Shown in pieces: positions 49,489 to 59,480 of a stretch of 64,000 nucleotides of DNA (the stretch's first letter is position 1; the number at the start of each line of letters is the position of its first letter). The position numbers were made by a program, and so were the translations under genes. The DNA is from a virus, in IMG/VR virus record IMGVR_UViG_3300012920_000022, positions 32,001 through 96,000 of that record. One strand, given 5' to 3'. Under the pieces are notes generated by a model. That model ran no database searches and was not told the DNA's origin. It saw nothing but the letters and a program-made list of their open reading frames with translations.

Positions 49489-51813
49489 ATGACTGATATA
49501 ATAGAAATTCCAAATCTGGAGATCACCCTGAGATCTATAAAAAATAGTGATAAATTACCAACTTTAACTGATAAATTAAACTGGAATTTTGATCAATTCC
49601 TAAATTTATATAATAAGCTTAAATTTATAACCACTGTTACTGGTAACAGAGGCATACCTGGGGCTACTGGAAGAGGTGAACAAGGTGAACAAGGTACAAG
49701 AGGAAGTAAAATAATATTTGAAAATAGGGTTATACAAGATACAGATCCTGTTACCAATCCGGATTTGAATATAGATGATGTAGTCATAGATTCTCAAGGA
49801 AATTATTTCACTATTATAGAAAATAATGGTTTAAAATATTCATTCTCATTCAACGTTGCTAGTGCATCCGCAGAAATATATTTGTTAACGTGGACTCAAT
49901 TCCAAAGCATCAGCAATAAACCCATCATACAAAGGTTTGGTATTAATTCTGGTACCCCCACTGATTTTTTGTTGCTCATGGGTAGGAGAACCAATAATGA
50001 TGATAACGCAGAATTTTATAAATTAGCCGTTGGATTAGAAAATAATTCTACTTCAATCCCATCATCATTAACAGTGTGTAATATAATAGATGATGTGGAT
50101 GGTAATACTCAATCAGCACCAGATAATTTTTTCAACATAGCATTTAAGTATAGAAAACAATCTAATTTGTTACCATCATCATTTACATCTGGAATACAAT
50201 ATACCCAAGAAGCTGATGATATACCAGTATTAAAAATAAAAAATGTAATAGGAGAATTAAATATATTATCTAATAGCAATGATCCAAATCTTAGCTATAT
50301 ATCTCATAATACTCCAAGAACCATATTTTGGGGATATGATCCATTACAAACCCAAAGTACATACTTTGAAATTAATGTAAACAGTAATGATAATATAAAA
50401 TTATTATCATCAAAATCCACCGATATAATAGGAACTGGCACATTATCTACATTTGGATATAGTGTAATGTCATTACATGATGTTCAAGAATTCAACTATA
50501 ATAACCTAAGCACACTTAGATTTAATAATATACCAAATGTATCAATAGAAGCTGATACAATAAATCACAATTATACTGCTAATTTTAATAAGACTGCTAA
50601 TTTTACCCAGGGTACTGGTACTATACCAAATGTTGGTTCTAATAATTTTGGTATAGAATTAAATGGTGATGGTAACTATTTTGAAGTAGGAACCCTTAGC
50701 TCCAATTCGGTTAAAAATATTGTTAGTATTTCATTACTGAGTGCATTAACTGGCACTATAATATGGGTAAAAGTTGGCTCCACTGGTTCAGGTAATTTAA
50801 GAATTACTAAAAACATTGCTTCTACTAATTATATAATTGGTGCTCAAGATACATTATATGATGAAATTGAAGGTAGTGGATCTTTTGTGTTAAGATTTGT
50901 AAGGGTTAAAGATCCATCCAATAATGCAGATTGTTGGTGGTATCTTGGTAGAGAATCTGAAAATCAATACATAGGTACCAAAATAGTTAATAATATTACT
51001 GAAAGAAACAATTTATCCAGGTGGAATGGTAGAACTGTTCATGTTATAGATGCATCCGCTGATCTGGGTCATACAGGATATGCCGGATACATGTGGGGGG
51101 GTGCTGGTTGGATCATTCAATATGATAGTAAGTTTGGTGGTACAAAAGTTGTTAATGATATAGCCACTAGAAATTCATTGGTGGTTTGGGATGGTAGAAC
51201 TGTTCATGTATTAAATGCAATATCGGATATCGGATATGCCGGATATGCCGGATATGTTTATAACCCCACATATGGATGGATCATTCAATATAAACAAGTT
51301 CAACCAGAAGATAATACATTAATTGGTGCAATAGATGCATATGCTGGTGATAATGATCCTAATGGTAAATGGTTAATATGTAATGGCAGGTCATTAAGTA
51401 GATTCACTTATTCAGATTTATTCAGTTTAATAGGAACCAGATTTGGTGCTACTTCTGCAACTACATTTAATTTACCAGATTTTAGGGGTAGATCACCCAT
51501 AGGTGCTGGATCATTATTTGCTGGATGGGGTGGTGCATTTAACGTTGGTACAATTGATGGTGTCTATGCCCACGCATTAACCATTAGTCAAATGCCACCA
51601 CACAATCATCAATTGTCAGGTTTTGTGAGTGGGTATAGACAAGTATCATCACCACCTAATGGGGCACCATCTGGTATTGATAGTGGTGGGGGTGGTGCAG
51701 ACGTGGGACTATGGAACATAAAACCATTTGCATCATCGTCTGGTAGTGGTCAGTTACATAATAACCTGCACCCAGTTCTTGGTATTAACTTCATCATAAG
51801 AGTTTTACTGTGA
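49489..51813 (+). CDS. tail fibre protein with phage tail collar domain
   Basis: Short collagen-like GxY stretch; duplicated GTKxVN..W.GRTVHV module; C-terminal WLICNGRSLSRFTYSDLF..FNLPDFRGR collar. Confidence 0.88.
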   Translation: MTDIIEIPNLEITLRSIKNSDKLPTLTDKLNWNFDQFLNLYNKLKFITTVTGNRGIPGATGRGEQGEQGTRGSKIIFENRVIQDTDPVTNPDLNIDDVVIDSQGNYFTIIENNGLKYSFSFNVASASAEIYLLTWTQFQSISNKPIIQRFGINSGTPTDFLLLMGRRTNNDDNAEFYKLAVGLENNSTSIPSSLTVCNIIDDVDGNTQSAPDNFFNIAFKYRKQSNLLPSSFTSGIQYTQEADDIPVLKIKNVIGELNILSNSNDPNLSYISHNTPRTIFWGYDPLQTQSTYFEINVNSNDNIKLLSSKSTDIIGTGTLSTFGYSVMSLHDVQEFNYNNLSTLRFNNIPNVSIEADTINHNYTANFNKTANFTQGTGTIPNVGSNNFGIELNGDGNYFEVGTLSSNSVKNIVSISLLSALTGTIIWVKVGSTGSGNLRITKNIASTNYIIGAQDTLYDEIEGSGSFVLRFVRVKDPSNNADCWWYLGRESENQYIGTKIVNNITERNNLSRWNGRTVHVIDASADLGHTGYAGYMWGGAGWIIQYDSKFGGTKVVNDIATRNSLVVWDGRTVHVLNAISDIGYAGYAGYVYNPTYGWIIQYKQVQPEDNTLIGAIDAYAGDNDPNGKWLICNGRSLSRFTYSDLFSLIGTRFGATSATTFNLPDFRGRSPIGAGSLFAGWGGAFNVGTIDGVYAHALTISQMPPHNHQLSGFVSGYRQVSSPPNGAPSGIDSGGGGADVGLWNIKPFASSSGSGQLHNNLHPVLGINFIIRVLL

Positions 51814-52026
51814 TGAAGTTAATATATTTTCAACTTTTGTTAATAAGTCTTTGTCACTAAAGGAAGACTTATATTTGGTTTTAAGTACATTTAACCAAAA
51901 ACTACCCTCTGAAAATTTTGTTTCCATTATTTCCAATATCCATAAAACCAATATAACATCAGGGTTATGATCCATGGATAAATTTTCTCCCAGGAATTCT
52001 ATATCAATTCGCTTTTTCTTTTCCAT
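51805..52026 (-). CDS. hypothetical protein
   Basis: 73-aa ORF in operon. Confidence 0.55.
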   Translation of the reverse strand: MEKKKRIDIEFLGENLSMDHNPDVILVLWILEIMETKFSEGSFWLNVLKTKYKSSFSDKDLLTKVENILTSSQ

Positions 52027-52432
52027 TAATCATAGATTTTACAAAATCAGATCCTGCATTATATGATTCTAATTTCTTTTTTAAATGTTCTGCATACTCT
52101 GCATTCTTTTCTATATTTAATGCTAATTGTTCTACATGATCCTGATTATTGATCTTAGATATTATGTCTATAACATCTATCCTTGGGCATTTTGTCACCA
52201 TATACCCCAACAGCAAATTCATATCATAATAATCTATTATTCTATTAACATTTTTATTAAATACAGTATCAAAAAACACATTAACCTCTATCATGGGTCT
52301 TGTGTTCAAATAAGTTTCTAATAATGAATATAACTTATTTGATATTTTATATACCATGATATATTTTTCTGGATTTTCCAGGATTTCTTCCCTGCTTATA
52401 GTTCCTTCTTCTACTTTTACGTTCTCATCCAT
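52004..52432 (-). CDS. hypothetical protein
   Basis: 142-aa ORF in operon. Confidence 0.7.
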   Translation of the reverse strand: MDENVKVEEGTISREEILENPEKYIMVYKISNKLYSLLETYLNTRPMIEVNVFFDTVFNKNVNRIIDYYDMNLLLGYMVTKCPRIDVIDIISKINNQDHVEQLALNIEKNAEYAEHLKKKLESYNAGSDFVKSMINGKEKAN

Positions 52433-52436
52433 ATTT

Positions 52437-54494
52437 TTAAATTATAGAATAAATGAATTTTAAATCGATATTATTGGTACATGTTATTATAATTTCTGGT
52501 TTCTCAATACCATTTAATTCATTATATTGTATTGCTACAACCCTTTTTGAATAATTGCTAGGTAATGAAAATCTATTGGGTTTATCAGTATATATTATTA
52601 GTCCAAAATTATTGAAATCTATTTTTTCATTAATTTTTATTGATAATATTTGACCATTATTCCATCTGTTAGTAGTATCATCAATAAACAAAACTAAGTT
52701 TTGTTTCATTATTCTAGTTTGATCATCATTATGCAAAATTAATGTGTCATATATTCCAAGGTTATATGAGTTAAGTCTTGACGATTCACTACCAGAAATA
52801 TTAAATTTGGTATTGATTACCGAAGAATATCTTTGTCTGGTGTTGCTAATAACAATATTGTTACCATCATTATTGACTGATATTCCTCTAATGCCAATTA
52901 TATTGAATAAACTATCAATGGAAACAGAGGTTTGACCAGATAATATCTCATTAATTTTTGTGGTTATTTCATCAATTTTTCCACTAAAGTCAACCTCCCC
53001 GACTTCTAATATAGATTCTAATATGGAATTTATTTGTTGCTGCATACCATTATTAACAAGAGATTGATTAGTCAGTTCTAATTGATTAATCCTTTCTCTC
53101 ATTTCATTATTCTCAAGTATAAGTCTTTCCACATTTCTTGTTAATGCCGATATTTTAGTTACTGCTTCTGCAAATAATTGAGTAGAAAATGTATTATAAT
53201 CATTTACATTAACTTCCACGTCGGGTATGACATTATCAGCATTAACATCAAATTTCAATGATAATCTTACTCCATATGATGTTCCATTCTTTTTTAATAA
53301 AGGATCTGGTTTTACTTTGGTTATGGTTGGGATTTTTGCCGCTGCTGTACTAAAGGATTCAAGATCTTCTAAAAATAGTATACCAAATAAGTTATGAGTA
53401 CTACCATCTTCTGGTCTATTTTCATCAAATAATTCATAATATATCAATATTGCATTAAATTCATAATCTTTTGATTTATCCAATGCTGCATAATCATAGA
53501 AATTAAGAAGATTTCCAAAATCCTGGAAATCTTTATACGATGATGTGTCAAATTCAATTGATATACCATCCAATCTATTACGAACATAATCTATGGTTTT
53601 TCCACTACCACTATCTGTTCTATTGATTTCATCATTGCTGGAATCATTAAAATCAATATCTGTGTAATATGCATTTTCACCATTTACTGATTGATCCTTA
53701 AACCAATACTCATTTGGTGTTCCATTACTAGTATAATCATATGATCCAGTCGGAACATCCATATCATAGAATGCTCTAACATCTAGACCAGCATTACTTG
53801 GATTATTAGAACTGCTTTGACCTTGAATAAATTCTATATTATCGCTACCAGTTTGTTGGATAAATTTACTTGGATGGTAATTTTCATCTGATATGGTTTT
53901 AAATAAACACACTGGTGTATCACCACACTGAGTTGGCAATGTCATTAATATTTCCTTAAATGCATTAAATTCATTTCTATAATTATTTTCTTGGCTTATT
54001 TCTCCTATGAATTTAACCACTCTATTGTATAATGATGAATCATCTTCCTCAACATATCTATTTTCTACCAACGATTCATCACTAGTAGAATCTCTAAATC
54101 TTATCGCACCTATTTCTTTCAACCATTTCCAAAATACTCTTTCTGATACATTAAGTGTATTATCAGAATTATAATTTGGTTGTTTTGTTAACAATGTTTC
54201 TAAATTTAGTGCATAATTTTGAAAAGATTCCACAAAATCAAATCTATCTCCCTCTGGTGGTGGTGATGCTACACTTAGTCCTTTTGTGAAATGACCCTCT
54301 ATGTTTTCGAATTGTATATTATTATTACCAGCTGATTCTTGTATTGGTGGGATTTCCAGCATAATAAATTTACTAAAATTAAATTTAACGTTGCTATTAT
54401 TAAATGCTGATAGAGTTAAATCTTCACTTGCAGATGGGAAGGTTATAAATGTACCTTTTTTACCAAGTTTAGTTATGAGAGGAGTATTTATCAT
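52437..54494 (-). CDS. virion structural protein with coiled coil
   Basis: ORF open to 54518, but ATAAATAAATA precedes the internal ATG at 54494 (MINTPL); GTFITFPSASED, ERVFWKWLKEIGAIRF, YEFNAILIYY. Confidence 0.65.
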   Translation of the reverse strand: MINTPLITKLGKKGTFITFPSASEDLTLSAFNNSNVKFNFSKFIMLEIPPIQESAGNNNIQFENIEGHFTKGLSVASPPPEGDRFDFVESFQNYALNLETLLTKQPNYNSDNTLNVSERVFWKWLKEIGAIRFRDSTSDESLVENRYVEEDDSSLYNRVVKFIGEISQENNYRNEFNAFKEILMTLPTQCGDTPVCLFKTISDENYHPSKFIQQTGSDNIEFIQGQSSSNNPSNAGLDVRAFYDMDVPTGSYDYTSNGTPNEYWFKDQSVNGENAYYTDIDFNDSSNDEINRTDSGSGKTIDYVRNRLDGISIEFDTSSYKDFQDFGNLLNFYDYAALDKSKDYEFNAILIYYELFDENRPEDGSTHNLFGILFLEDLESFSTAAAKIPTITKVKPDPLLKKNGTSYGVRLSLKFDVNADNVIPDVEVNVNDYNTFSTQLFAEAVTKISALTRNVERLILENNEMRERINQLELTNQSLVNNGMQQQINSILESILEVGEVDFSGKIDEITTKINEILSGQTSVSIDSLFNIIGIRGISVNNDGNNIVISNTRQRYSSVINTKFNISGSESSRLNSYNLGIYDTLILHNDDQTRIMKQNLVLFIDDTTNRWNNGQILSIKINEKIDFNNFGLIIYTDKPNRFSLPSNYSKRVVAIQYNELNGIEKPEIIITCTNNIDLKFIYSII

Positions 54495-54510
54495 TTTATA
54501 TTTATTTATT

Positions 54511-54566
54511 ACTGACATACTGTCAGTTTGTGTAATTTGGCACGATTTTTGTAATATTTTATGTAA
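54511..54566 (+). promoter_or_regulatory. composite promoter copy 5
   Basis: ACTGACA-TAC-TGTCAGT then TGGCACGATTTTTGTAATATTTTATGTAA. Confidence 0.8.
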
Positions 54567-54596
54567 AGATTTTTTAACTTATAAATTATTAATATC

Positions 54597-55211
54597 ATGA
54601 AATCATTGAAACGTATAGATCCATTGAATTTAGTTCACGTATTAGATGTAATTGATGTAAATCCAGAAGAAATAAAGCATGAGATATCTAATGCTCATGT
54701 CATTTATCATGGTAATTTCATGAAACAACTACATGGATATGATTGTAAATCTTTGGTTGCTGTAAATGATGAGGGTGAATTTTACATAGTATTAGATAAT
54801 GACGGTTATCAAACCATTAAAATGTCTGATAAACAAATTGAGTTACTAAGACAGGAAATAAAAAGACCATTTAGCTCCAGCGATTATAATATACATATTG
54901 TATTGTGGAATGAGATTGATTATTCCAGCGTGGGTGATATATCATCCTTCTATGATGAATGTGATGAACCAGCAAAAGAATGGTTGAAATGGGCAAATGC
55001 CAATTATTATTGTGAAAAATGTATAGCTGGTGAAACAACCATATTCATAGAATATCACAGAAGCAAACGACCTACCGAAGAAAATGATTGGAGTGAGGGT
55101 AAGGTGAGAATGAAGGTAACCAATCTTGATAATGGTAATTTTGCCATTGGTAAAATAAATGATGAATCAACTGATATAGTTAAAATCATATCAGAAGCAA
55201 TCAATAGCTAA
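54597..55211 (+). CDS. hypothetical protein, paralogue family B
   Basis: IDPLNL, IYHGNFM, KVTNLDNG shared with 61212, 61996 and 62748. Confidence 0.8.
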   Translation: MKSLKRIDPLNLVHVLDVIDVNPEEIKHEISNAHVIYHGNFMKQLHGYDCKSLVAVNDEGEFYIVLDNDGYQTIKMSDKQIELLRQEIKRPFSSSDYNIHIVLWNEIDYSSVGDISSFYDECDEPAKEWLKWANANYYCEKCIAGETTIFIEYHRSKRPTEENDWSEGKVRMKVTNLDNGNFAIGKINDESTDIVKIISEAINS

Positions 55212-55237
55212 TTATTTTAAAAATATCAGTTAATCTA

Positions 55238-55269
55238 TAGAGATTGCATCTATTATGGTGTAATCTCTA
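55238..55269 (+). terminator. RNA hairpin (terminator or processing/stability element)
   Basis: tagagattgcatc-tattat-ggtgtaatctcta; the two mismatches are G-U pairs on the plus strand. Confidence 0.5.
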
Positions 55270-55292
55270 CATATATATTAAATATTACATAT

Positions 55293-55973
55293 ATGAAAAA
55301 CGAAGAAATATTGAAAATATTGAAACATATAAATGATCCAATTTCCCTCGATAGTCTTTTTGCGACTATTAAAAAAGATCGCATTAAATATAATGGTGAA
55401 GTTGCTAAAATTATTAAGGAAAAATTTATATTTTACTGTATAAAATATAAATTAGAAATTAAACACTTGAAAAAGATTACTGAACTGAATCTATCAGATA
55501 CTATTGGTGATCATTTTGAATTACCACCATCAATAGATGTTATGGTTAATTTAAAGAAGTTGGTTATAAATAATACCAGGATAGTGAGTTTACCAGAATC
55601 GATGTGTAAATTGAAAAAATTAGAAAGATTATCTTTAAACCGCAACCAAATTATAAATTTACCAAATTCCATTGGTAAATTGAAAAATCTGGAGAGACTA
55701 TCATTAAATGACAACCAAATTATAAGTTTACCAAATTCCATTGGTAAACTAAAAAAATTAAAGTACTTGTCTTTGCGTAATAATAGATTATCAAAATTGC
55801 CATCCACTATCAATAAATTAACTAATTTAATGGTAATGTATCTAGATAATAATGAATTGGAAGAATTGCCATTTGAGGACATTGGACTTACAGAACTAAC
55901 ACTTAATGGTAATATCATCGACACCAGCAGAGAAATTAAATGGATCTATGGTTGGGAAAAACCATGGATATGA
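55293..55973 (+). CDS. LRR protein (family member 9, cap subtype 2)
   Basis: INDPISLDSLFATIK..FYCIKYKLE cap; LPNSIGKLK repeats. Confidence 0.95.
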   Translation: MKNEEILKILKHINDPISLDSLFATIKKDRIKYNGEVAKIIKEKFIFYCIKYKLEIKHLKKITELNLSDTIGDHFELPPSIDVMVNLKKLVINNTRIVSLPESMCKLKKLERLSLNRNQIINLPNSIGKLKNLERLSLNDNQIISLPNSIGKLKKLKYLSLRNNRLSKLPSTINKLTNLMVMYLDNNELEELPFEDIGLTELTLNGNIIDTSREIKWIYGWEKPWI

Positions 55974-56024
55974 TCTGTTTTAATTTCTAGTAACCCAATT
56001 ATATACCAATAAATTTATGATATT

Positions 56025-56682
56025 ATGACAAGTAAAGAAATAGTAGATATACTAACTACCATAAATGATCCCATTATTATTGATAGTCTTTTTGCGACTA
56101 TTAAATATAAAAATATTAAATATAATGGTAAGGTCAGAAATATGATTAGAAAACATTTCATATACTATTGTATTAAATATGAACTAGAGGTTAAATATCT
56201 GAGAAAAATTACTATTTTAAACCTATCAGGTAGTATAGGTTTACATCATGAATTGCCTTCACCCATAGATGTTATGGTTAATCTAGAAAAGTTAGTTATA
56301 CAAAATACAAAGATGGTTACCTTACCAGAATCAATTGGTAATCTTAAAAGATTAAAATCACTATGTCTAAATAATAATAGGCTGGTTACCTTACCAGAAT
56401 CAATTGGTAATCTTAAAAGACTGAACTTTTTATATTTGAATAATAATCAACTTACAGAATTACCAAATACGATTGGTAAGCTAAAAATATATGAGCTATA
56501 TTTGAATAATAATCAACTTACAGAATTGCCAAATACCATCAGTAATTTAACCAATTTTAAATGTATTACATTTGAACAACAATCAGCTCATAGATTTACC
56601 ATCAACTGATAATATGGAGTGGTTGGTTGAATTACTGCTAGATAATAATATAATGGATAATAGTAGACAATTTAAATTATGA
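56025..56682 (+). pseudogene. LRR protein (member 10) with a +1 frameshift near the 3' end
   Basis: ORF ends at 56609, but removing one T from TTTT (56555-56558) restores NLNVLHLNNNQLIDLP...DNSRQFKL* at 56682, collinear with paralogue 55293. Confidence 0.75.
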
Positions 56683-56733
56683 TGACTATTTTCTAGTATT
56701 ATCCGATAGAATAATACTAAACATTTTTGATAC

Positions 56734-57291
56734 ATGACTGAAAAATTACATGATCTATTAGTTGCTGATGATATTAAATATGTACATTTAGCATTTGTCA
56801 TGATTAAAGGAAATCCACATCTTATAACAAAAGATATTATACCATATTTGAAAATATATCCATGGATGTGTCTAGAATATGGTATATTGATGGAGGACTA
56901 TAAAAAGGAATCTTCTATATATTTAACTAATTCAAATAATAGTTGTTTACCCGATAGATTATTTGATCTTACAAACATAACTGAACTATATTTATATCAT
57001 AATCAGATTAGTGAATTACCAAAATCATTGTTGAAATTACATAAATTACATAAATTATCATTGAGTGGTAATTTAATATATGATCTACCAAATTGGATAA
57101 TCGATCTAAAATATCTTAAAGTATTAGATATATCCAATAATCCTCTCCCAGATATTCCACAAGTTTTATTTAATAACCATAATTTAACAGAAATTATTTT
57201 ACCTAAAGGTTTGAGATACAGTTTCCATGTACATGTTATTGACAAACCATCAATTAGAACAAAATTAGAACAAATTTTTAAATTTACTTAA
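56734..57291 (+). CDS. LRR protein (family member 11, short subtype)
   Basis: VHLAF..YPWMCLEYGI cap, about 4 repeats, 185 aa. Confidence 0.92.
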   Translation: MTEKLHDLLVADDIKYVHLAFVMIKGNPHLITKDIIPYLKIYPWMCLEYGILMEDYKKESSIYLTNSNNSCLPDRLFDLTNITELYLYHNQISELPKSLLKLHKLHKLSLSGNLIYDLPNWIIDLKYLKVLDISNNPLPDIPQVLFNNHNLTEIILPKGLRYSFHVHVIDKPSIRTKLEQIFKFT

Positions 57292-57292
57292 T

Positions 57293-57850
57293 ATGAAGGA
57301 AGAACACAATATATTATCACTGATAAAATCTGGTATAGAATCAAATATTAGATTGGCTTTTACATTAATTAAAAATGTTGGTATTATTTCGGAAGATATA
57401 GTGTCATATGTGAGAAATTATCCATGGTTGTGTTTAGAATATGACGTAGAAATTAATCATTTAATGAAACAATCCAGCCTATATTTGGTGAATACTGACA
57501 ACACATGTGTACCTGATGGTCTAAGTTCATTAGTAAATTTGAAAGAAATAAATTTGTTTGATAATAAAATAACAGAATTACCAGAATTTATAATGAAACT
57601 AATCAATCTATCAACCATTAATGTTTCAAATAATTGTCTAAATAAAATACCCGAATGGATAGTAAAACTCCCAAATTTAAGAAATTTGGACATATACTGT
57701 AATCCCTTATATGATATGCCACTATTTCTATTACATGACAATAATATAAGTAATATAACTATGTCATTTGATTGTAAATATCATTTCTATCCATATGCGC
57801 ATGATAATCCACATATAAAACATAATCTAAAGAAATTCAACTTTTTCTAA
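57293..57850 (+). CDS. LRR protein (family member 12, short subtype)
   Basis: NIRLAF..YPWLCLEYDVE cap, 185 aa. Confidence 0.92.
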   Translation: MKEEHNILSLIKSGIESNIRLAFTLIKNVGIISEDIVSYVRNYPWLCLEYDVEINHLMKQSSLYLVNTDNTCVPDGLSSLVNLKEINLFDNKITELPEFIMKLINLSTINVSNNCLNKIPEWIVKLPNLRNLDIYCNPLYDMPLFLLHDNNISNITMSFDCKYHFYPYAHDNPHIKHNLKKFNFF

Positions 57851-58407
57851 TGGAAGATTTTACTGATAAACTACTGGAATTATTAAAATCCGATGATGAA
57901 TCTAATGTAAAAACTGCTCTTAATATAATGCAAGGTGATATACCATGTGATATACAAAGATTATCACCATATTTGAATCATTATCCGGATCTTTGCTTAG
58001 ATTATAGTATAACGGATTGGATGTTAAATCGTAAAGAAATATTCATAGTAAACACCAAACTTGAAAAATTACATCAAAATATAGGTAAGTTAATAAATCT
58101 TAAAAGACTGTATTTATACAATAATAATTTATAAGAATTACCAAATGAATTATCCGAACTAGTAAATCTTGAGAGATTAGATTTACATGGTAATAAATTA
58201 ACTCATCTATCAGGATGGATTATGAATATGCCTAATTTGAAATACCTGGATATAAGTGAAAACCCATTATTAGATGTGCCAACTGCGATATTTAGGGATC
58301 ATAAACTAAAGGAAGTTATATTACCACTTAGATTAAAAATAAGTTTTGGTATCCATGCATACAGACACGGTAAATTTAAATCAAAAACGCTATATAGATT
58401 TTTGTAA
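57850..58407 (+). pseudogene. LRR protein (member 13) interrupted by an in-frame TAA
   Basis: YNNNL*ELPNELSELVNLERLDLHGN; TAA at 58132-58134; reading through gives 185 codons like both neighbours. Confidence 0.85.
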
Positions 58408-58713
58408 TTTTATTATTCTATCAATTATATGTTTTTCCACCATCCTATCATTATCCCATAGTTCACTAGATATGCAACAATATGTCCCACAATTTGTTAA
58501 ATTATATTTACCGGATCTTATCAACTTTATCAAGTCATGATGGGTTTTTATAAATTCATCATCCGATGGATTATTAATAAATTTATTATGAAATGCTTGG
58601 ATTTTTTGATTTTCTTTATTGATAAATAGCATGGATTCATAATTAAACCAAAATTTTTGGTTTAATTCATCTCCACATTTATCATCTGGTGTGTAATCTT
58701 CCCATATATTCAT
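58390..58713 (-). CDS. hypothetical protein
   Basis: 107-aa ORF in operon. Confidence 0.65.
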   Translation of the reverse strand: MNIWEDYTPDDKCGDELNQKFWFNYESMLFINKENQKIQAFHNKFINNPSDDEFIKTHHDLIKLIRSGKYNLTNCGTYCCISSELWDNDRMVEKHIIDRIIKLQKSI

Positions 58714-59159
58714 ATTAGACTAATTATTTCATGAAAATCGTTTTTATTGTAATATTTGTGAAAACTGTTTTCCCTGTTTTTTCTATCTATACATAAAAAT
58801 TCAATATCCCCATCATCATCAATAATAATATTTTTACTATGGGTATTATTATTAAAATATATCAATATTTCACCATCACCCGTTCTTGATATGGTAAAGT
58901 CGATTTTGTTATTGTTAAATAATAAAACAAATTTGTTATTTAACAATAACAAAATCGACTTATTTTTGAAATCTAATAGTGAATAAATTTTAAAGACTTC
59001 TGCCGATTTATTTAATGCAAAATTTACCACGCAGTTGTTAAAATTTTGATAATATGATAACTCATTCATCATTATGGTTATTGACATCATGCGCCTGATA
59101 TTGTCTATTTGAGTAACCATATCAATGTATGCAACTAAACATATTATTAATATTATCAT
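58710..59159 (-). CDS. hypothetical protein with hydrophobic N-terminus
   Basis: 149 aa; ATGA overlaps on both sides. Confidence 0.65.
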   Translation of the reverse strand: MIILIICLVAYIDMVTQIDNIRRMMSITIMMNELSYYQNFNNCVVNFALNKSAEVFKIYSLLDFKNKSILLLLNNKFVLLFNNNKIDFTISRTGDGEILIYFNNNTHSKNIIIDDDGDIEFLCIDRKNRENSFHKYYNKNDFHEIISLI

Positions 59160-59440
59160 ATTTTAGACTCTTTATCAAAATTAAAATATGATTCACGACC
59201 TCTTCTAGAAACACCAAATTTAGGGAATCTAACATCTTTTATACCCATCATATCCAAATATACATATGGGTTATGCCAACTGATATTTTTGCCAACTGAT
59301 AATTGATTATGGACATTGGCTGGTATTTTTGCCCTAATCATAATATATTCATCATTGGTTTTCATTAAAAATTTTACTACATCTTCTTTTACAGTTTCTT
59401 CGCTGATTTTACACCAATTTACTATGACACCTGATATCAT
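59156..59440 (-). CDS. hypothetical protein
   Basis: 94-aa ORF. Confidence 0.65.
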   Translation of the reverse strand: MISGVIVNWCKISEETVKEDVVKFLMKTNDEYIMIRAKIPANVHNQLSVGKNISWHNPYVYLDMMGIKDVRFPKFGVSRRGRESYFNFDKESKI

Positions 59441-59480
59441 TGTTTTCTAAAAAATTTTTAATTTTTACTATTCTTTTTAT

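Noticed and set aside
34469-57741. Antisense ORFs over LRR genes (e.g. 34469, 35131, 41967, 55511, 57457)
   Set aside because: Shadow frames of the repetitive LRR codons (PIDSGN repeats); no independent coding evidence
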